Below, one piece after another: positions 44,642 to 61,050 of a DNA stretch of 64,000 bases. Numbering within the stretch: position 1 is the first letter of the stretch; each line of letters opens with the position of its first letter. The notes beneath the pieces are model-generated. The model did no database searches and was not told the origin of the DNA. It saw nothing but the letters and a program-made list of their open reading frames with translations. This stretch comes from the human T2T-CHM13v2.0 reference genome, Homo sapiens, in NCBI RefSeq assembly GCF_009914755.1, contig NC_060927.1; one strand, 5' to 3'. Made by a program: the position numbers and the translations under genes.

Positions 44642-46835
44642 TGTGGTAGTCAGAATCCAGTCAGGGCAAAGGAACCACTCAGTAATTTTAATAGGGAATT
44701 TTTGCTAAAAAAAATCCCCAACTGCTATCAGGAGGTTAGCCTTTAAGAGGGGATAAAAGAGAATGCTAAAAATACCCTAGGGCTGAGGGACAGTTCCTAA
44801 GGGAGGAACAAACTTGGAAAGGATCTTCCTCAAAGCTGTGAATCAGGTGTTTCTGGAGAGTGTATTTCTGCTACCTACTGGATGATAAAGAAATTTGCTG
44901 GATTGTGCAGGTCAGAGCTTGTCAGCAACCTTTGATTGAGGCTGGTGTGGCAGGAATTGCAGGCTGAGACCAGGAATGACAGGAACCTTTCTTCCAGGGA
45001 GCTGGTGGACCACAGAACCATACCTTGTGAGAAGGACATCACAGGCAAGGTTGACAACAAAAGTTACTGGATGGGAGGGTAACTGCATGTCCGTCATACA
45101 TGTCACTGGAAAGTGTGCAATGGGAGCAAAAGGAGTAGCTCATCACATCCAGTAAGAGAAGTCCTTTTCTCCTAAAGTATATTTAAAGTGTATTTTACTG
45201 GTAAAACTTAATATTTTGCCAGCTGAGAAAGGAATGTTGACAGGGTTCAGCTCTAGTATCATAAAGCAAAGAAATTAAGGGAGAATTTGAAACTGAGAAA
45301 CCTAGTCTATCACTTTGGCTATTCAGCTTCCATGTGCACCTTACTGTGTGCATTTGGACAACTGTACAGCAATAAAGCAACTCTATATCTCTGCCTGACA
45401 AGATAGGAGAAGAGGTACCATCCCAAAAGTCATTGTATTTGTTGCCAGCTGTATTAATTACTCTTAAAATTCAGTCATGGTCCCATTGAATATTCTTTTG
45501 CCTAAAGACTAAATGGAAAAGTTTTCTTCCAACAGTTTCTATGTAAAAGATTAATGAGAAAAACAGAGAAGAAAATGGTTAGCATATACCAATAAACACA
45601 TAAGTATAAAACTGATATTGTTTGGCTATGTCCCTACCTAAATCTCATCTTGAATTCCCATGTGTTGTGGGAGGAACCTGATGGGAGGTAATTGAGTCAT
45701 GGGGGCAAGTCTTTCCCATGCTGTTCTCATGATAGTAAATAAGTCTCATGAGATCTGATGGTTTTAAAGAGAGGCATTCCCCTGCACAAGCTCTCTCATT
45801 TTTTTCCTGCTGCCATCTATGTAAGATGTGACTTTCTCCTCCTTGCCTTTTGCCATGATTGTGAGGCTTCTCCAGCCACATGGAACTGTAAGTCCAATTA
45901 AACCTCTTTCTTTTGTAAATTGCTCATTCTGGGGTATGTCTTTATCAGCATTTATCAATGAACTAATACAACACATAGAAAGAAAGTGGGTAAAGACACT
46001 AGTCTTCATTTCTGTAATTGGTCATGAGGCTAAAGTTGATATCTGTGACCTTTTCCTTTCGCTTACACATTCTAAGTCTCCCTTGCCATCAAACAAAACC
46101 TCACCTAGTTGGAATTCTTTTCCTGGTGGAGTGCTGTAAACCTTAATTTCCAAGGGGTCTGAGTCCTTAATAGCCATTCATTTATTTGGTGGCTATAATA
46201 TTCCATTAAAATTTACTATAAGGAAGGAAATGCTATGAGCAGCCCCAGAGAATCCCATGTGTTTCAAAGTAGCTATCTCTGTCTCCATTGTAGAGTAGCA
46301 ATCCAATTTTCTCTACTAAACAGGATCAATTACTCAAGTCAGTATAATAGCCCTTTAATTAACTTGTTGGTTCAGTAGCATGAAGAACCCAAAATGGTCG
46401 GGCAACAGTCTCAATTTCTAGTTCAATGGAAGCATTGTTTCATCCCTGATGGAAGCATTTCCATCTTAGAGACCAAGACCTCCAAAATACCAGAGCTTAG
46501 TTGCCAGAGCAAAATTCCAAAATTCTGTGTGTAGGTTATTTGGGAAAATAGTGAGAGGACCTGCCCATTTGTGGTTCTATCCAATTATTTCTGGACTCAT
46601 GTATTCTGGCTATGGGGAGATTGCACTATATAACAGAATTTAATTAAAAGAATATAATCAATCATGTAAGACAAAATTTCATACTTTGAGGGTGTTGTCT
46701 CCAATTTATTATGTAACCGAGTCTTCAGAAAGAATTGAATCTTTCATGTAGGCCCGTTGCTTCCAGGTAATGGAGTAAGACAAGTTAATTTTATGGTCAT
46801 GAGCCCATTGCTATACTTCCTTTGAATTGCTTAAT
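44642..46835 (-). mobile_element. ERVL-type LTR (LTR41-like) plus internal dUTPase-like fragment
   Basis: LTR-like block at 44642-45300. The reverse strand at 46375-46465 resembles ERV-L dUTPase (MLPLN*KLRLLPDHFGF). Confidence 0.6.
45613..45970 (+). mobile_element. THE1 (MaLR) solo LTR
   Basis: tgatattgtttggctatgtccc...ctaataca, about 358 bp. Confidence 0.9.
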
Positions 46836-46839
46836 CATA

Positions 46840-47215
46840 AGAGGCTGTGGAGAAGAGGGAATGCTTATACGCTGTTGGTGGGAATACATTAGTTCAGCCA
46901 CTGTGGAAAGTAATTTGGAGATTTCTCAAAGAACTTAAAACAGAACCTACCATTTGACCAGTAATCCCATAGATGGGGTTCTTCCTCCAAAAGAAAAAAA
47001 AAAAACAGTTCTACCAAAAAGACATATGCACTCGTATGTTCATCACAGCACTATTCACAATAGCGAAGGCATAGAATCAACCTAGGTACCCACCAACGAT
47101 GGCTTGATACGATGGCTTGATAAAGAAAATATGGTACATATATACCATGGAATACAACACAGCCGTAAAGAACAAAATCATGTATTTGCAGTAATGTGGA
47201 TGTAACTGGAGGCCT
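46840..47215 (+). mobile_element. L1PA/PB ORF2 3' fragment
   Basis: gaggctgtggagaagagggaatgcttatacgctgttggtggg. Confidence 0.75.
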
Positions 47216-47229
47216 CAGCATCGGACAGT

Positions 47230-48670
<1,441 letters not shown>

Positions 48671-48893
48671 GGCTGTGATTTCAGTTAAGAGGCAAAGACC
48701 TGTATATGCCATTTTATTTCTGTAAGCACTCTAGTGCACTGAGAATCTATCCCGCACCACAGTCCTTGAAGTCATTATTGGCCAAATGAACTAGCCAGTT
48801 GGATTTCCAAGGCACATGCTTCAATTGCTACTACAGGTGTTAGCTTGATTAACTGTGATGTTGCTACGCTATGAATTAGCATCAGTCATTATC

Positions 48894-49217
<324 letters not shown>

Positions 49218-49329
49218 CAGCCATTATTAAAGATCTCAGTCTCAGCACAGGGCTCAAGCCCAAGGGCCAAATCTGTTCCATGATCCCATATTGAGAAGTC
49301 TATCATCTTGGACAGCTCCCAGCTCCAAA

Positions 49330-49880
49330 TCTGAATCAGTAAGTTTTCAGTTAGAAAACAGAGGAGAAGTTAGGAGATAGGAGGAAATTAAAAGACAACG
49401 CTAAATAATAGCCTGAGGTTGAGAAAACCTACCCAAAGAAGAGACAAACTTAGAAGCAAAACTTCCTTCCCACCGTTGAGATCCAGACCTTGTTGGAGAG
49501 AGCAAGATCTGCAGATTACTGTATGGCGAAGTTGGCTGGGTCCTCTTGTGCCAGAGCTCATCTAAAGTCAGCTAGCTGAGGCAAGCAAAGGCGACGCTGT
49601 GGGCCAGGATTGTCAATTGGTAAGCCTATAACGGAGGTGATTTTAGCAACAAAATTTGTTGGAGGGTGAGAGTCACTGAGGATTCCTGATGCATGCCATA
49701 GGTAGCCACAGGTAGTTCGGTTACTGCAGCAAAAAGAGAGAAAGTGCAAGAAAACTAGAGAACACTCATTGTCCTGCAGTGTCTCTCCAGCGCCCTCTAC
49801 TGACAAAGTTTATCATGGTGACATCCAAAGAAGGAGATGTGTTCCCTGGAGCCAGCTCCAGCAAATATGGTTGGTAAAGG
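49330..49880 (-). mobile_element. Second ERVL-type LTR remnant (LTR41-like)
   Basis: ctccagcgccctctactgacaaag...gccagctccagc, similar to 45155-45270. Confidence 0.5.
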
Positions 49881-49885
49881 ATAGT

Positions 49886-50245
49886 CGTACTCGGCAAGGA
49901 AAAGCAACAAGTTACTGATACATTCCACAATATGGATGGATTTTGAAGGAGTAGGCTAAATAAAAGTAGCCAGACGCAACAGACTATAAACCGTATGTTT
50001 CCATTTTTATAAAATTCTAGAAAAGACAAACCTATAGTGACAGACAGGATTAATGGATGCCTGGAAGCAGATTAGGGGCAGAGATTGACTGCGAAGAAAC
50101 ATTTGAGAACTTTTTGAGATTATTAAAATGTCCTAAAGTTTGGCTATGGTAGTGGCACAACTGCACACAGTTTCTTAAACTTACCAAATTGTACTTTTAA
50201 GATGGATGAATTTACTATACATAAATTATATCTCGGTAAAGCCTC
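49886..50245 (+). mobile_element. L1ME-like 3' end, continuation of 42540-44641
   Basis: Resumes at tactcggcaa...ttactgataca...tggatgga. Confidence 0.7.
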
Positions 50246-50934
50246 AAAAATAATTCCTAGTGCTTTTTAGTCTTCCCTAAGCTGCCTTATTTCTTTAAAC
50301 TCTTTGGACTCATTAATTTCATTCTTAAAAATTTTCCATGGCTGTTAATGTTTTCATCTGTCAGATTTGTTTACCAGCCCGTGTGCTTTCTAATCAGGAT
50401 TAACTCCAAGGCATCTACGTGCCTCAACAGGGCCATTTTTTTTTGTTTTTTGCATAAAGAATTTTAGAAATCAGACTCACTGATTTAATTCAGACTGCAA
50501 TTGCTACCGAAGGGTTACTTTTTTATCCTCTGAGAATATACCCACAACACTATCTTTCTGTAATCAGATGGCCTTTCAATGCTTTCCAGTGCAAAATGTT
50601 TATTTTGTTGATATTGACTGGCCTTTCCATGTATATAAAACATATCTTCTGGTTACTCATTGAGGGCCTGAAGTGATAATTTACCAGTACATATGCAACA
50701 CACCTAGACACTAGCATGGCTTTCTTGACTGTAAGAGTTCTAAATAAGAGAAAGGTTTTAATTATTTATCGGCCAGGCAAGACAATAACTGATGCCTAGG
50801 TGGAAAGTTTAGGAAAAATGTTACCATCAGTCAATTAAGATAAGGTCCAACTGATTATTCTTAGTTAACCAAATTTAGTCATGGGACTTATTCTCTAGTT
50901 TATGCCTAGGCCAGATACAAAGTAGATTCCTAAT

Positions 50935-51465
50935 GTCTCCTAGCATTAGTGATTGTCCTATGAAAATAATTTTTAAAAATGAATAGATGAGGAAGACAAA
51001 GGCTATATATTCATAGCTTGCTATAGCAAGAGAGTCAGCCACCATCACTTGTGTCTTGCCGGAGACTCAAATGCAGACAGAGGAATGGAGAAAAAGGAAG
51101 ATTTCATGTGTGCCTTGATTTGAGGCTGCTGCCATGGGGAAGATGTAGCCATGCTAACTGGATTGGGACAGCCTATGCAATGTGACTGATGAGGGGTGCA
51201 TATTTGGTATTCTCCGGATCATCCTAAATTGGAAGTGAAAACAAAAATTAGAAAGCTGACATTTATTAATCAAGTCCTGATCATTTCCGGCTGATCGTTA
51301 CAAAAGTTATTGTGTAGCTTCCTGAATTGTTACCAAAAATAGCAATCTGGTTTCCTGCCAGTCTGACTTATGGCTGGGTGACTTCCTAGGCTGTTTATTG
51401 TAGACAAGGGGTTGGTTTCCTAGAAGGGTTACTGTGGGTTCAGAATCCAGAGTTCTATTTAACAA
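50935..51465 (-). mobile_element. ERV1 LTR remnant (MER31/MER67-like)
   Basis: agcttgctatagcaagagagtcagccaccatcacttg motif. Confidence 0.5.
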
Positions 51466-51484
51466 CAACAACAAAAAATATATT

Positions 51485-51740
51485 ATAGTGCTTAAGAGCA
51501 CAGACTCTGGACTCTGGAATAAAACCCACTGGGTTCAAATACAGTTTTTTTTCACTTACTGGGTAAGGAACCTGAGGTAGTTTCTCAACATCTCTGTGCA
51601 TTTGCTTCCTCATCTACAAAACTCAAATATAACCTACTGTACAGGACTATTATAAAGGTTAAATGAGTTAGTAAACTTAATTTCTTACAAGAGTGCCTAG
51701 AGAAATGCAACTGTTTGATAAATGCCAACTATCATTATGC
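51485..51740 (+). mobile_element. MIR SINE
   Basis: taagagcacagactctgg...gggttcaaat...ttcctcatctacaaaa. Confidence 0.75.
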
Positions 51741-51804
51741 CCTACTCATTTAATGATTTTACAAATTTAATTTAACTAAACGATAAAATGTTAAGAAGCC
51801 CAGG

Positions 51805-54325
51805 AGGGACTTCATAATGACTGACTGGAGGCACCACTCAGCAGCCTCCTTCAAAATGAAGAACTAAAATAGTGAGTAGATAATTACATTTCAAATAGTA
51901 TATCTAAGAGATAATGCTGGAATTCAGTAGAGAAGTAACAGGAGGAAACACAGGAGGTACCAAAGGAGAGGGAAGCAAGCCAGACAGCTTTGTCTGGAGA
52001 GGCCATATATGACAAGCCCACAGCTAACATCATACAGAATGGAAAAAAGCTGAACGCCTTTCCCCTAAGAATTGCAACAAGATAAGGATGCTCATTTTCA
52101 GCACTCCTATTTAACATAATACTAAGCCCCGCACATGAACCTGGGAACTTAAAATAAAAACTAAAATTAAAAATTTTTGAAAACCCATAATACTAGAAGT
52201 CCTAGCCAGAACAGTAAGGCAAGAGAAGGAGATAAAGGCATCCATATTGTAAAGAGGATGTCAAATTGGCCTTCTTTGCAGATGACAGGATCTCATATTT
52301 AGAAAACCCTGAAGACTTCACCAAAAAGCACTTAGATCTGATCAATGAGTTTGGTAAAGTTGTAGGATACAAACTCAACAGACAAAAATTAGTAGCATTT
52401 CTATACACCAATAACTAACTGAAAAAGAAATCAAGAGGGGAATCTTACAAACAATAGCTTCAAGAAACATAAAATACCTAAGAATAAATTTAATCAAGGA
52501 GGCAAAAGATCTCTACAAAGAAAACTACAAAATACTGATGAAAGAAATTAAAGAGGACACAAATAAACGAAAAGACACCTCATGCTCATGGATTAAAAAA
52601 ATTAATATTGTTAAAATTACCATACTACCAAAGCAATCCACAGCTTAAATGCAATTCCTATCAAAATACCAATGACATTTTTCACAAAAATAGAAAAAAC
52701 AATTCTAAAATTTGTATGGAACCAAAAGAGAGCCCAAATAGCCAAAGCAATCCTAAGAGGAAAAAAAATAGTGTAAAAGCTGGAGGCATCACATTACCAG
52801 ACTTCAAAATATATTACAAGGCTATCACAACCAAAAAGCATGGTATTGGTATAAAAAAGCAGATGTACAGATGAATGGAACTGACTAGAGAACCAGAATT
52901 AAACTCATGTATGTAGAACCAATTGATTTTCAATAAAGGTGCCAAGAACATACATTTGGAAAAGGGCACCCTCTTCAATAAACGGTCCTGGGAAAACTGA
53001 ATATCCATATTCAGAGGAATCAAACTAGACCCCTGTCTCTCCTCATATACAAAAGTCAACTCAAATGGATTAAAAACTTAAAGGTAACACATAGAAGAAA
53101 GCAAAGGAAAAACACTCCAGGACATAGGTCTACACTAAGATTTTATGGCCAAAACCCCAAAAGCACAGGCAGCAAAACCAAAAATAGACAAATGGGTCAC
53201 ATCTAAGTAAAAAGCTTCTGCATAGCAAAGGAACCAATCAACAAAGTGAAGAGATAACTTGTTGAATGGGAGAATATATTTGCAAACTATTTATCCAACA
53301 AAGAAATAATATCCAGAATATTCAAGGAACTCAAACAACCCTACAAAAGAAAATCTCATTAAAAATGGGCAGAGAATTTGAAGATGTACAAATGGCCAAC
53401 AGGTATATTAAAAAATGCTCAACATCACGAATCATCAAGGAAATTCAAATCAAAACTACAGTGAGATATAATCTTCCCAGCAAGAATCGCTATTATCAAA
53501 AAGACAAAAATAACAGATACTGGCAAAAATGAAGAGAAAAGGGAAGTCTTCTACACTGTTAGTGGGAATGTAAATTAGAACTGTTTTCCATAATGGAAAA
53601 CAGTGTGGAGGTTTCTCAAAAAACTAAAAATAGAATTACCATACAATCCAGGAATCCCACTACTGGGTATTTTTCCAAAGGAAAGAAAATCAGTATATCA
53701 GAGGGATATCTATGCCCTCATTTGTATTGCAGCACTATTAACAATAGCTATGGAATCAACCTAAGTGTCCATTAATGGCTGAATGGTTAAATAGAATGTG
53801 GTATATTTATACAATGGAATACTATTTGGTCATAAAAGGCAAAGAAATTCTGTTCTTTGCGGTAACGCAGCTGCAACTGGAGCTCATTATGTTGAGTAAA
53901 ATAAACCAGACACAGAAAAAGAAATATTGCATGTGCTTATTCATATGTGGGAGCTAAAAAAACATTGATATTATAAAGGTAGAGAGTATGATAGTTACCA
54001 GAGTCTGGAAAGAAATTGGGGAATGCAGGGGATGAAGAGAGGTTGATTAAAGGGTACTAACATATAGTCAGATAGAATGAATAAGTTCTAATGTTCAATA
54101 GTAGAACAGGGTGGCTATAGTTGACAACAATGTATCACATATTTCAAAATAGCTAGAAATGAGGACTTGAAGTGCTCTTAACACATTGAAATAAATGCTC
54201 AGGGTGATGGATATCCTAAAAATCTTGACTTGATCATTAAGTATTTTTTATGCATGTAAGAAAATATCACATGTATCCCATGACTATGAAAAAATATTAT
54301 GCATCAATTACAATTTTTTAAGTTA
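51805..54325 (+). mobile_element. L1MA4/5-like element; 5'UTR start joined directly to the RT region of ORF2
   Basis: 5'UTR at 51805-52000, ORF2 from ggccatatatgacaagccc (52001), L1MA 3'UTR at 54000-54310. Confidence 0.8.
52125..52185 (+). mobile_element. 61-bp L1PA 3'-tip insertion
   Basis: gcacatgaacctgggaacttaaaataaaa plus A-rich tail, TSD cataatacta (52115-52124, 52186-52195). Confidence 0.7.
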
Positions 54326-57008
54326 AAAGGGTTACTACTCATGTTATTTAGTTAAAAGTGAAAAAGCAATTTATCACTAGAGAAATGCTTATTCTTCCTT
54401 AGTAAAAATACCTACACTGGACTAAAAAATAGTGGAAATAATGCAGAAAAGCAATGTGGCAACAAAGTAAAATGTGTTTATTTATCATTAAAAAACTTTC
54501 ATGATGAATCAATGAATAGAACAAGTAGAGGTATCACTCCATTTGAAAATAACTATTTTCATCATCGATAGGCAAGGTATTACAGCAAAGAAACTGACAC
54601 CAGGAGTGCATGAAATGCATGTCACTGATGTGATTAGTTTTTTAAAATAAATATGATATTTAAAATACTAGAAACTTTATGATATCTTACAATGAGTGAC
54701 CACATGCCACACGGAGGTTCACTGGGAATCATGTCAATACTTAAAACAATTGCTGAATTTAGGATGAATTATATATTTTTCTTCTAATAAAAGATAGGTT
54801 TTCTAAATTTGCTAATCCATTCTCTGATGATAAGTAGCTACTCAACAAATATTTTTAAATGATTAAAACCTTTATTTTGTCCTTTGATGTCAGTATGATA
54901 TTTAACTAAGTGAACTGTAACTACTATCAATATGAAATTGTGCAACACAGATAAAATCTTGAAACATGTTTAGTATGTTTTTCTATATCCTCATATAATA
55001 CTCTGGGCAAAAATTATCTGATAACATACTAAAAACTCTCATGTTTGCTTATTTTTTAAAAAATTTGGAAACACAATGTTTCCACCTTCATAAAAATATT
55101 CCACATATTTTAAGAGAAATTTGAACTTGTTTTTCAAATTTAAAAATTTTTAATTTGCTTACACTTTTTAATTTTCTTACAAAACAACTGATTGACATCA
55201 GAGAGTATGGTGATTTACTGGCTAAATATCAGGCAAGCCTTTTCTAAATTAGTGTCTAGTATTTAAAACAAAGTGCCATAATTTTGTAAAAGTACCCAAG
55301 GTTGTACTTTTATTTTAAGGAATTTGTGCGTGTGAGGAAAGGAAGAAAAGAGGATCTAAGAGAAAACATGGAGAAAGAACAGCCCGAGATGTAGCAATAA
55401 ACAAGCATTAAATCACAGAAGCCTGAGAAGCAAATATGCTTCAGAGTGTGGTCAATGGTGCCAAATCATAAAATTAATTAGTTAAGATAATAATTTAAAA
55501 AAATGCTTTAGGTGTGGTAATTAGGAGTTGAGTAGTGATCTTAGTGAGAGAGTGGCGATGAGAACCTCCAACTCCTTCCTGTCATGAGCCCAGACTCTGG
55601 CTACTCTGGTTCACTCTCCATTCACTGAATATGCTTTGTGCTTTCAAGTTTCCATGCTTTTACTTCTAATCATGCCGCTCCTTCAACCTGTAATTCTTTG
55701 CTACACATTCTTCTTGCCTATTGAAATTTAATTTATCCTTCAAGAATCATGAGAAATGTCATTTTGTATAATGTCTTCTCTTAGTTCTCTAAGTCCTTCT
55801 TTGTGTTCTCATATACCTTGCTTATAGTTCAGTTTGTAATACTTAACTCAGCCTGAGTTTCTATATTATATCATTGTATAAGTGATTTTATCCTCTAGAT
55901 TGGGAGCTCTCTAAGGGCAGGATTATTTCTTATTTATCTATTCAGGTTCCTGCCCTAACTCACTCCTACCACATACCCCTCCTTGCGCAATGTCTTACTC
56001 CATGACTTCTCTATTGTAGTCACTCTATAATGTTGAAGTTAATTTAATTGAAATTTCTGCAAGCAATTCAATAAGCATTCACCGACGGCCTACATTTTCT
56101 GGAACTATGAGGGATTTGCAGTGTGGAAAACCAAAAAGAAAATCAATCTAAGAATAAACAAAACTTGCACATGAAGAACAGCTGAATGAACACAGGAGTG
56201 AAGTACAATTAAGAGCTCTTTGCATCACACAAACAGTCATTATCTTGCAGATCAGAAAGTTGAGGATGTCTTCATAATGAGAATCAGATCTCATAAAAAT
56301 TGAGTAAGATTTGGATAGAAGAATAAATCAAAGAGGGCATTTCATGTGAAGAGTAGATTCTGAGTAAATATTCTGAGGTCAAGGTTAAACTCTAACACAT
56401 CAAGGAATAGATAAGTTATAGGCGTGTCTCTGGAGATGGATTCTTAAAGGTGAATGGTAGAAAATAGCCTTAAGTGATATAAGCCCTCTGTATGGAGCCC
56501 TTGGAGTACCAAGATAAAGGACAAAACTTGGTTTGAAGACTAATGAGAAGCCAAAAATATTTCTAATGCATAAGAGCATATCTACACACTAGAGAAAAGA
56601 TGGGGATAGGAGACCAATTAACAAGTAAGTTATCTTATGATGATGGCATTGATTATGGTAATAGTTTTGTGGGTGTATACTTATGTCCCAATTTATCAAG
56701 TTGTATACATTATATGTGTATAGCTTTTTGCACATAAATCATACCTCAATTAAGTTTTTTAAAGTTACCTTATGACAAATAAGTGAAACTGAAGAACATA
56801 ATGTCAGACTTACTTCAGAGGATGAATGTACAAGATTTGACCAGATTAATTTGGGGAGCAAAAGAAAGGAATACAACCCTGGGTGATCCTGCCACATTTT
56901 TGCCTCTTGTCCACAAATACAAATCTCTCTTCAAATCTCTGTTTAACTTCCACCTCAACTGATCAATGTAAATCTTTTTCTCTCCATCATAGTTTTCAGG
57001 TAATCAAG

Positions 57009-57010
<2 letters not shown>

Positions 57011-57047
<37 letters not shown>

Positions 57048-57054
57048 TGTGTGT
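57011..57054. repeat. (GT)n microsatellite
   Basis: 18 perfect GT units followed by ctgtgtgt. Confidence 0.95.
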
Positions 57055-58073
57055 AAGAGAAAGAGAGAGTTTCCAAGTATGTGAAAAATCAAGATGAACC
57101 TTAAGCTGTTTTTAGTGATAGCAATTTTGATTTAACTTCCGAATCTCAAAATGCATCCATCTTTATATGCTGTTTGATTTACTGGTGCTGGGGGAACCAT
57201 GCTCATCAGATTAGAGTCTCTGCAGAAACACTCTGATGCCAATGCCGAGGAAGTCCCTTTAGAATAGAAAACTTTAACTTTGCCTGAGACTTGCATAACT
57301 ATTGTCACTAACCTATTGGTAGGGAGTGTCCTAGATTTTTATAATTTATTCCCTAATGATTTAAAAACCAATGTTTTTATTCTTAATTTCCCTACAAAGA
57401 AAAAACATCAGGAGACCAGTCAGCTACTATAAAATGTTTCTCAGTGAACTCAAAATATGAGGACTTAATTTTATTTACTAATTTATTTATATTATAGTAT
57501 CAAAATGCAGAATATAAATTTTCTAATATACTTCAGTATTTTTATTGTTTTTAAATTTTAGCCACTTAATAATTCTCTTTGTCTCTAAAGTGAAGCCATT
57601 ATAGAAAGCCATAAGGAGACATAGTAAGTGGATAAGTCTGACCTATTCTTTGTTCAAAAGTACCATAATTTTATCAGCAAATACACAGATAAGGCTGATG
57701 ATGTCCTTGTACAGTAATTCTGCGATCTATAGGCAAATTAATTTTTGATTAAGTTCAAAAATTATATTTTACATTGGTGAAGAGAAAATGAGATTTTACT
57801 CATTATATTCTGAAATATGATCTATATAAAATAATTATTGATAATAAAATCCATTTTTCCACAGTCCACCTGATAAATATTTTCAGTTGATTTTCCATTA
57901 GATGTTACTAAAATAATGATAAAGAGCAGCATTTTATACTTTTACAAAGTTTTTTTAAAAATATAATTCTGAAAGATTTTTTAAAAGAGGTATAGACCTA
58001 AAATATAAAGGACATTTTATTGTATTCATTTGATTACAAGCCTCTAGTGATAAAACTCCAGAAAACCTCATCA

Positions 58074-58457
<384 letters not shown>

Positions 58458-59548
58458 CTAAAAGAAAAGAAAGTTAATTTTATTATTCTTTAAAACTCAA
58501 ATTGTTTCTGTACCTGAAATATTTTAATGTACAGTTGCCAAACTATAAGAACTATATAATAAATTTAGTTGATCATTAAACTCAAATAAATATATAGCCA
58601 GTAAAGAGTAGATAATGAGTTTGTAAATTTAAATAAATTTAAAACTCAAGTAAATAAATGGAGAACCTCCATAGAACTCACTGAAAATGAAGACATTACT
58701 TTCTATGAGAGATGTTTGAGTGAATACAAAATAGATATTTACCATGAAGAATATTCACATTATGAGTGGAGATTTTGCCACCAAATCTTACAATGTTGGA
58801 CATGCATGTAAAACTCTTAAAACTAGAGACAGAAAGTATTAGGATAAGTGAGCAATTAAGAGTAATAACTCCTTGGGAAATTTGTCATACCAAGATTGGA
58901 ATAGTATGTAGAATATGTTGAAATGAACATAAAAATGATATCCAATACAATGATTAAGAACACTCATAGATGTTTCATATTCTTATCCTCTCTAAAAGGA
59001 TGAGTAGATATCTCATAAAATATGCAATTGGTGACCTTATCTGGAAAGGGTTACTAAGCTAGCAAAAGCATTCTTCAAATCACTGTGTTTCTGTGCAGTT
59101 TTTAAAATGTAGACATTTAAAATGCCTAAAGAGTAATTCATTTTAAGCGTCACATTGATCCAATAGGATACGATTTAAAACTTGTTTACTTTTTCCTGGA
59201 GGAAAAGATACCATAAGAAAATGTCTTAATTTTGGAAATGGAAAATTATATGTACTGACCACAGATTTTACATCGGCATAGGATAATTCATGCAGATAAA
59301 GCTTTCCTGCCCTAGGAATTCACACAGATATTTTCAGACAAGCCCTGGGTACACAATCCATGATACATTTTTTCTCACTTGATTTGACCCACAGTGAGTG
59401 TGCTAGTGTTTAGGAGATGGCACAGGATAATTTGAAGAAGACTTTCTTCCCTTTTGTATACAGGGAAATTAGAGGGTGAGAATTAGAAACATTCTGCTTT
59501 GGAATCTTACATTTCTTTACAATTTATGTCTCAGAAGAGAAGCCAGGA

Positions 59549-60514
59549 ATGGCTAGGGAAAATCACTCCTTAGCAGCTGAATTCATCCTCATAGGATTTA
59601 CAAATTATCCAGAGCTGAAGACGCTTCTGTTTGTGGTGTTCTCTGCCATCTATCTGGTCACCATGGTGGGGAATCTTGGTCTGGTGGCATTAATTTATGT
59701 AGAGCGTCGTCTTCTCACACCAATGTACATCTTTCTGGGCAACCTGGCTCTGATGGATTCCTGCTGTTCCTGTGCTGTTACCCCCAAGATGTTAGAGAAT
59801 TTCTTTTCTGAGGATAGAATTATTTCCCTGTATGAATGTATGGCACAATTTTATTTTCTCTGTCTTGCTGAAACCACAGACTGCTTTCTTCTGGCGACAA
59901 TGGCCTATGACCGCTATGTGGCCATATGCCACCCACTGCAGTACCACACCATGATGTCCAAGACGCTCTGCATTCGGATGACCACAGGGGCCTTCAAAGC
60001 TGGAAACCTGCATTCCATGATTCATGTAGGGCTTTTATTAAGGTTAACTTTCTGCAGGTCTAATAAAATTCACCACTTTTTCTGTGATATTCTTCCACTG
60101 TATAGACTCTCCTGTACAGATCCTTCTATTAATGAACTAATGATATATATCTTTTCAATACCAATTCAAATCTTTACCATTGCTACTGTCTTGATCTCTT
60201 ATCTCTGCATCCTTTTGACTGTTTTCAAAATGAAATCCAAGGAGGGAAGAGGTAAAGCATTTTCTACCTGTGCATCCCACTTTCTCTCTGTCTCAATATT
60301 TTACATTTGTCTTCTCATGTATATTGGACCATCTGAAGAAGGAGATAAAGATACACCAGTGGCAATATTTTATGCAATAGTAATCCCATTACTAAACCCT
60401 TTTATTTATAGTCTGAGAAATAAGGAGGTCATAAATGTTCTTAAAAAAATTATGAGGAATTATAACATTCTTAAACAAACTTGCTCTATAGCAAATTTAT
60501 TTTTAATTTATTAA
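59549..60514 (+). CDS. OR5K4: Olfactory receptor family 5K, 321 aa, intact single coding exon
   Basis: N-glycosylation site NHS, GN in TM1, [31 protein letters not shown] and [12 protein letters not shown]. Candidate acceptor tgtctcAG at 59534. Confidence 0.92.
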   Translation: MARENHSLAAEFILIGFTNYPELKTLLFVVFSAIYLVTMVGNLGLVALIYVERRLLTPMYIFLGNLALMDSCCSCAVTPKMLENFFSEDRIISLYECMAQFYFLCLAETTDCFLLATMAYDRYVAICHPLQYHTMMSKTLCIRMTTGAFKAGNLHSMIHVGLLLRLTFCRSNKIHHFFCDILPLYRLSCTDPSINELMIYIFSIPIQIFTIATVLISYLCILLTVFKMKSKEGRGKAFSTCASHFLSVSIFYICLLMYIGPSEEGDKDTPVAIFYAIVIPLLNPFIYSLRNKEVINVLKKIMRNYNILKQTCSIANLFLIY

Positions 60515-61050
60515 AATGCTTTCATAAAGAGGGAACATAGAAAAATTAATATGTGATTTTACACAAAATGTAAGCTTATAAATCATTAGGCTATGTTTGT
60601 TTAAAAAATATATCAATGGAATTTCAAAATTGTTTCACAAATCTTTATCCAAATCCCACAACCAGAATGAATCGGGGAAACTCACTGGTAACTGTTATTA
60701 CTACCTTTCATGACTCTCATGGAATTGTCAGAGAGTATTATCCTAAACCTCAATTAATCAACATAGCATGAAAGTTAAATGTTTAAATGTGTAGAAGAGT
60801 CTTCTTTGATTAATGTTTCCTAGTTAATGGAAGACATTATATCCAATCCTATGTAGCGTGTTTGAAACATTTAAAATTTCCTGGCAGAAAAGTGAAATGA
60901 TAGTTTTCTTTCAGAAAACTGACCTGAGAGACACATGTGGATTACTTTAGAGTGGAAAAGACTAGAAGCAAACTAATTGCAGTAATTTATATTTAAGGTA
61001 ATGAAGTTTTATTTAGATAAGATTGCAAGAATGAAAAAAAATGAAAAGGA

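Noticed and set aside
57150-57450. Possible OR5K4 promoter
   Set aside because: Only weak motif matches and no paralogue in the window to test conservation.
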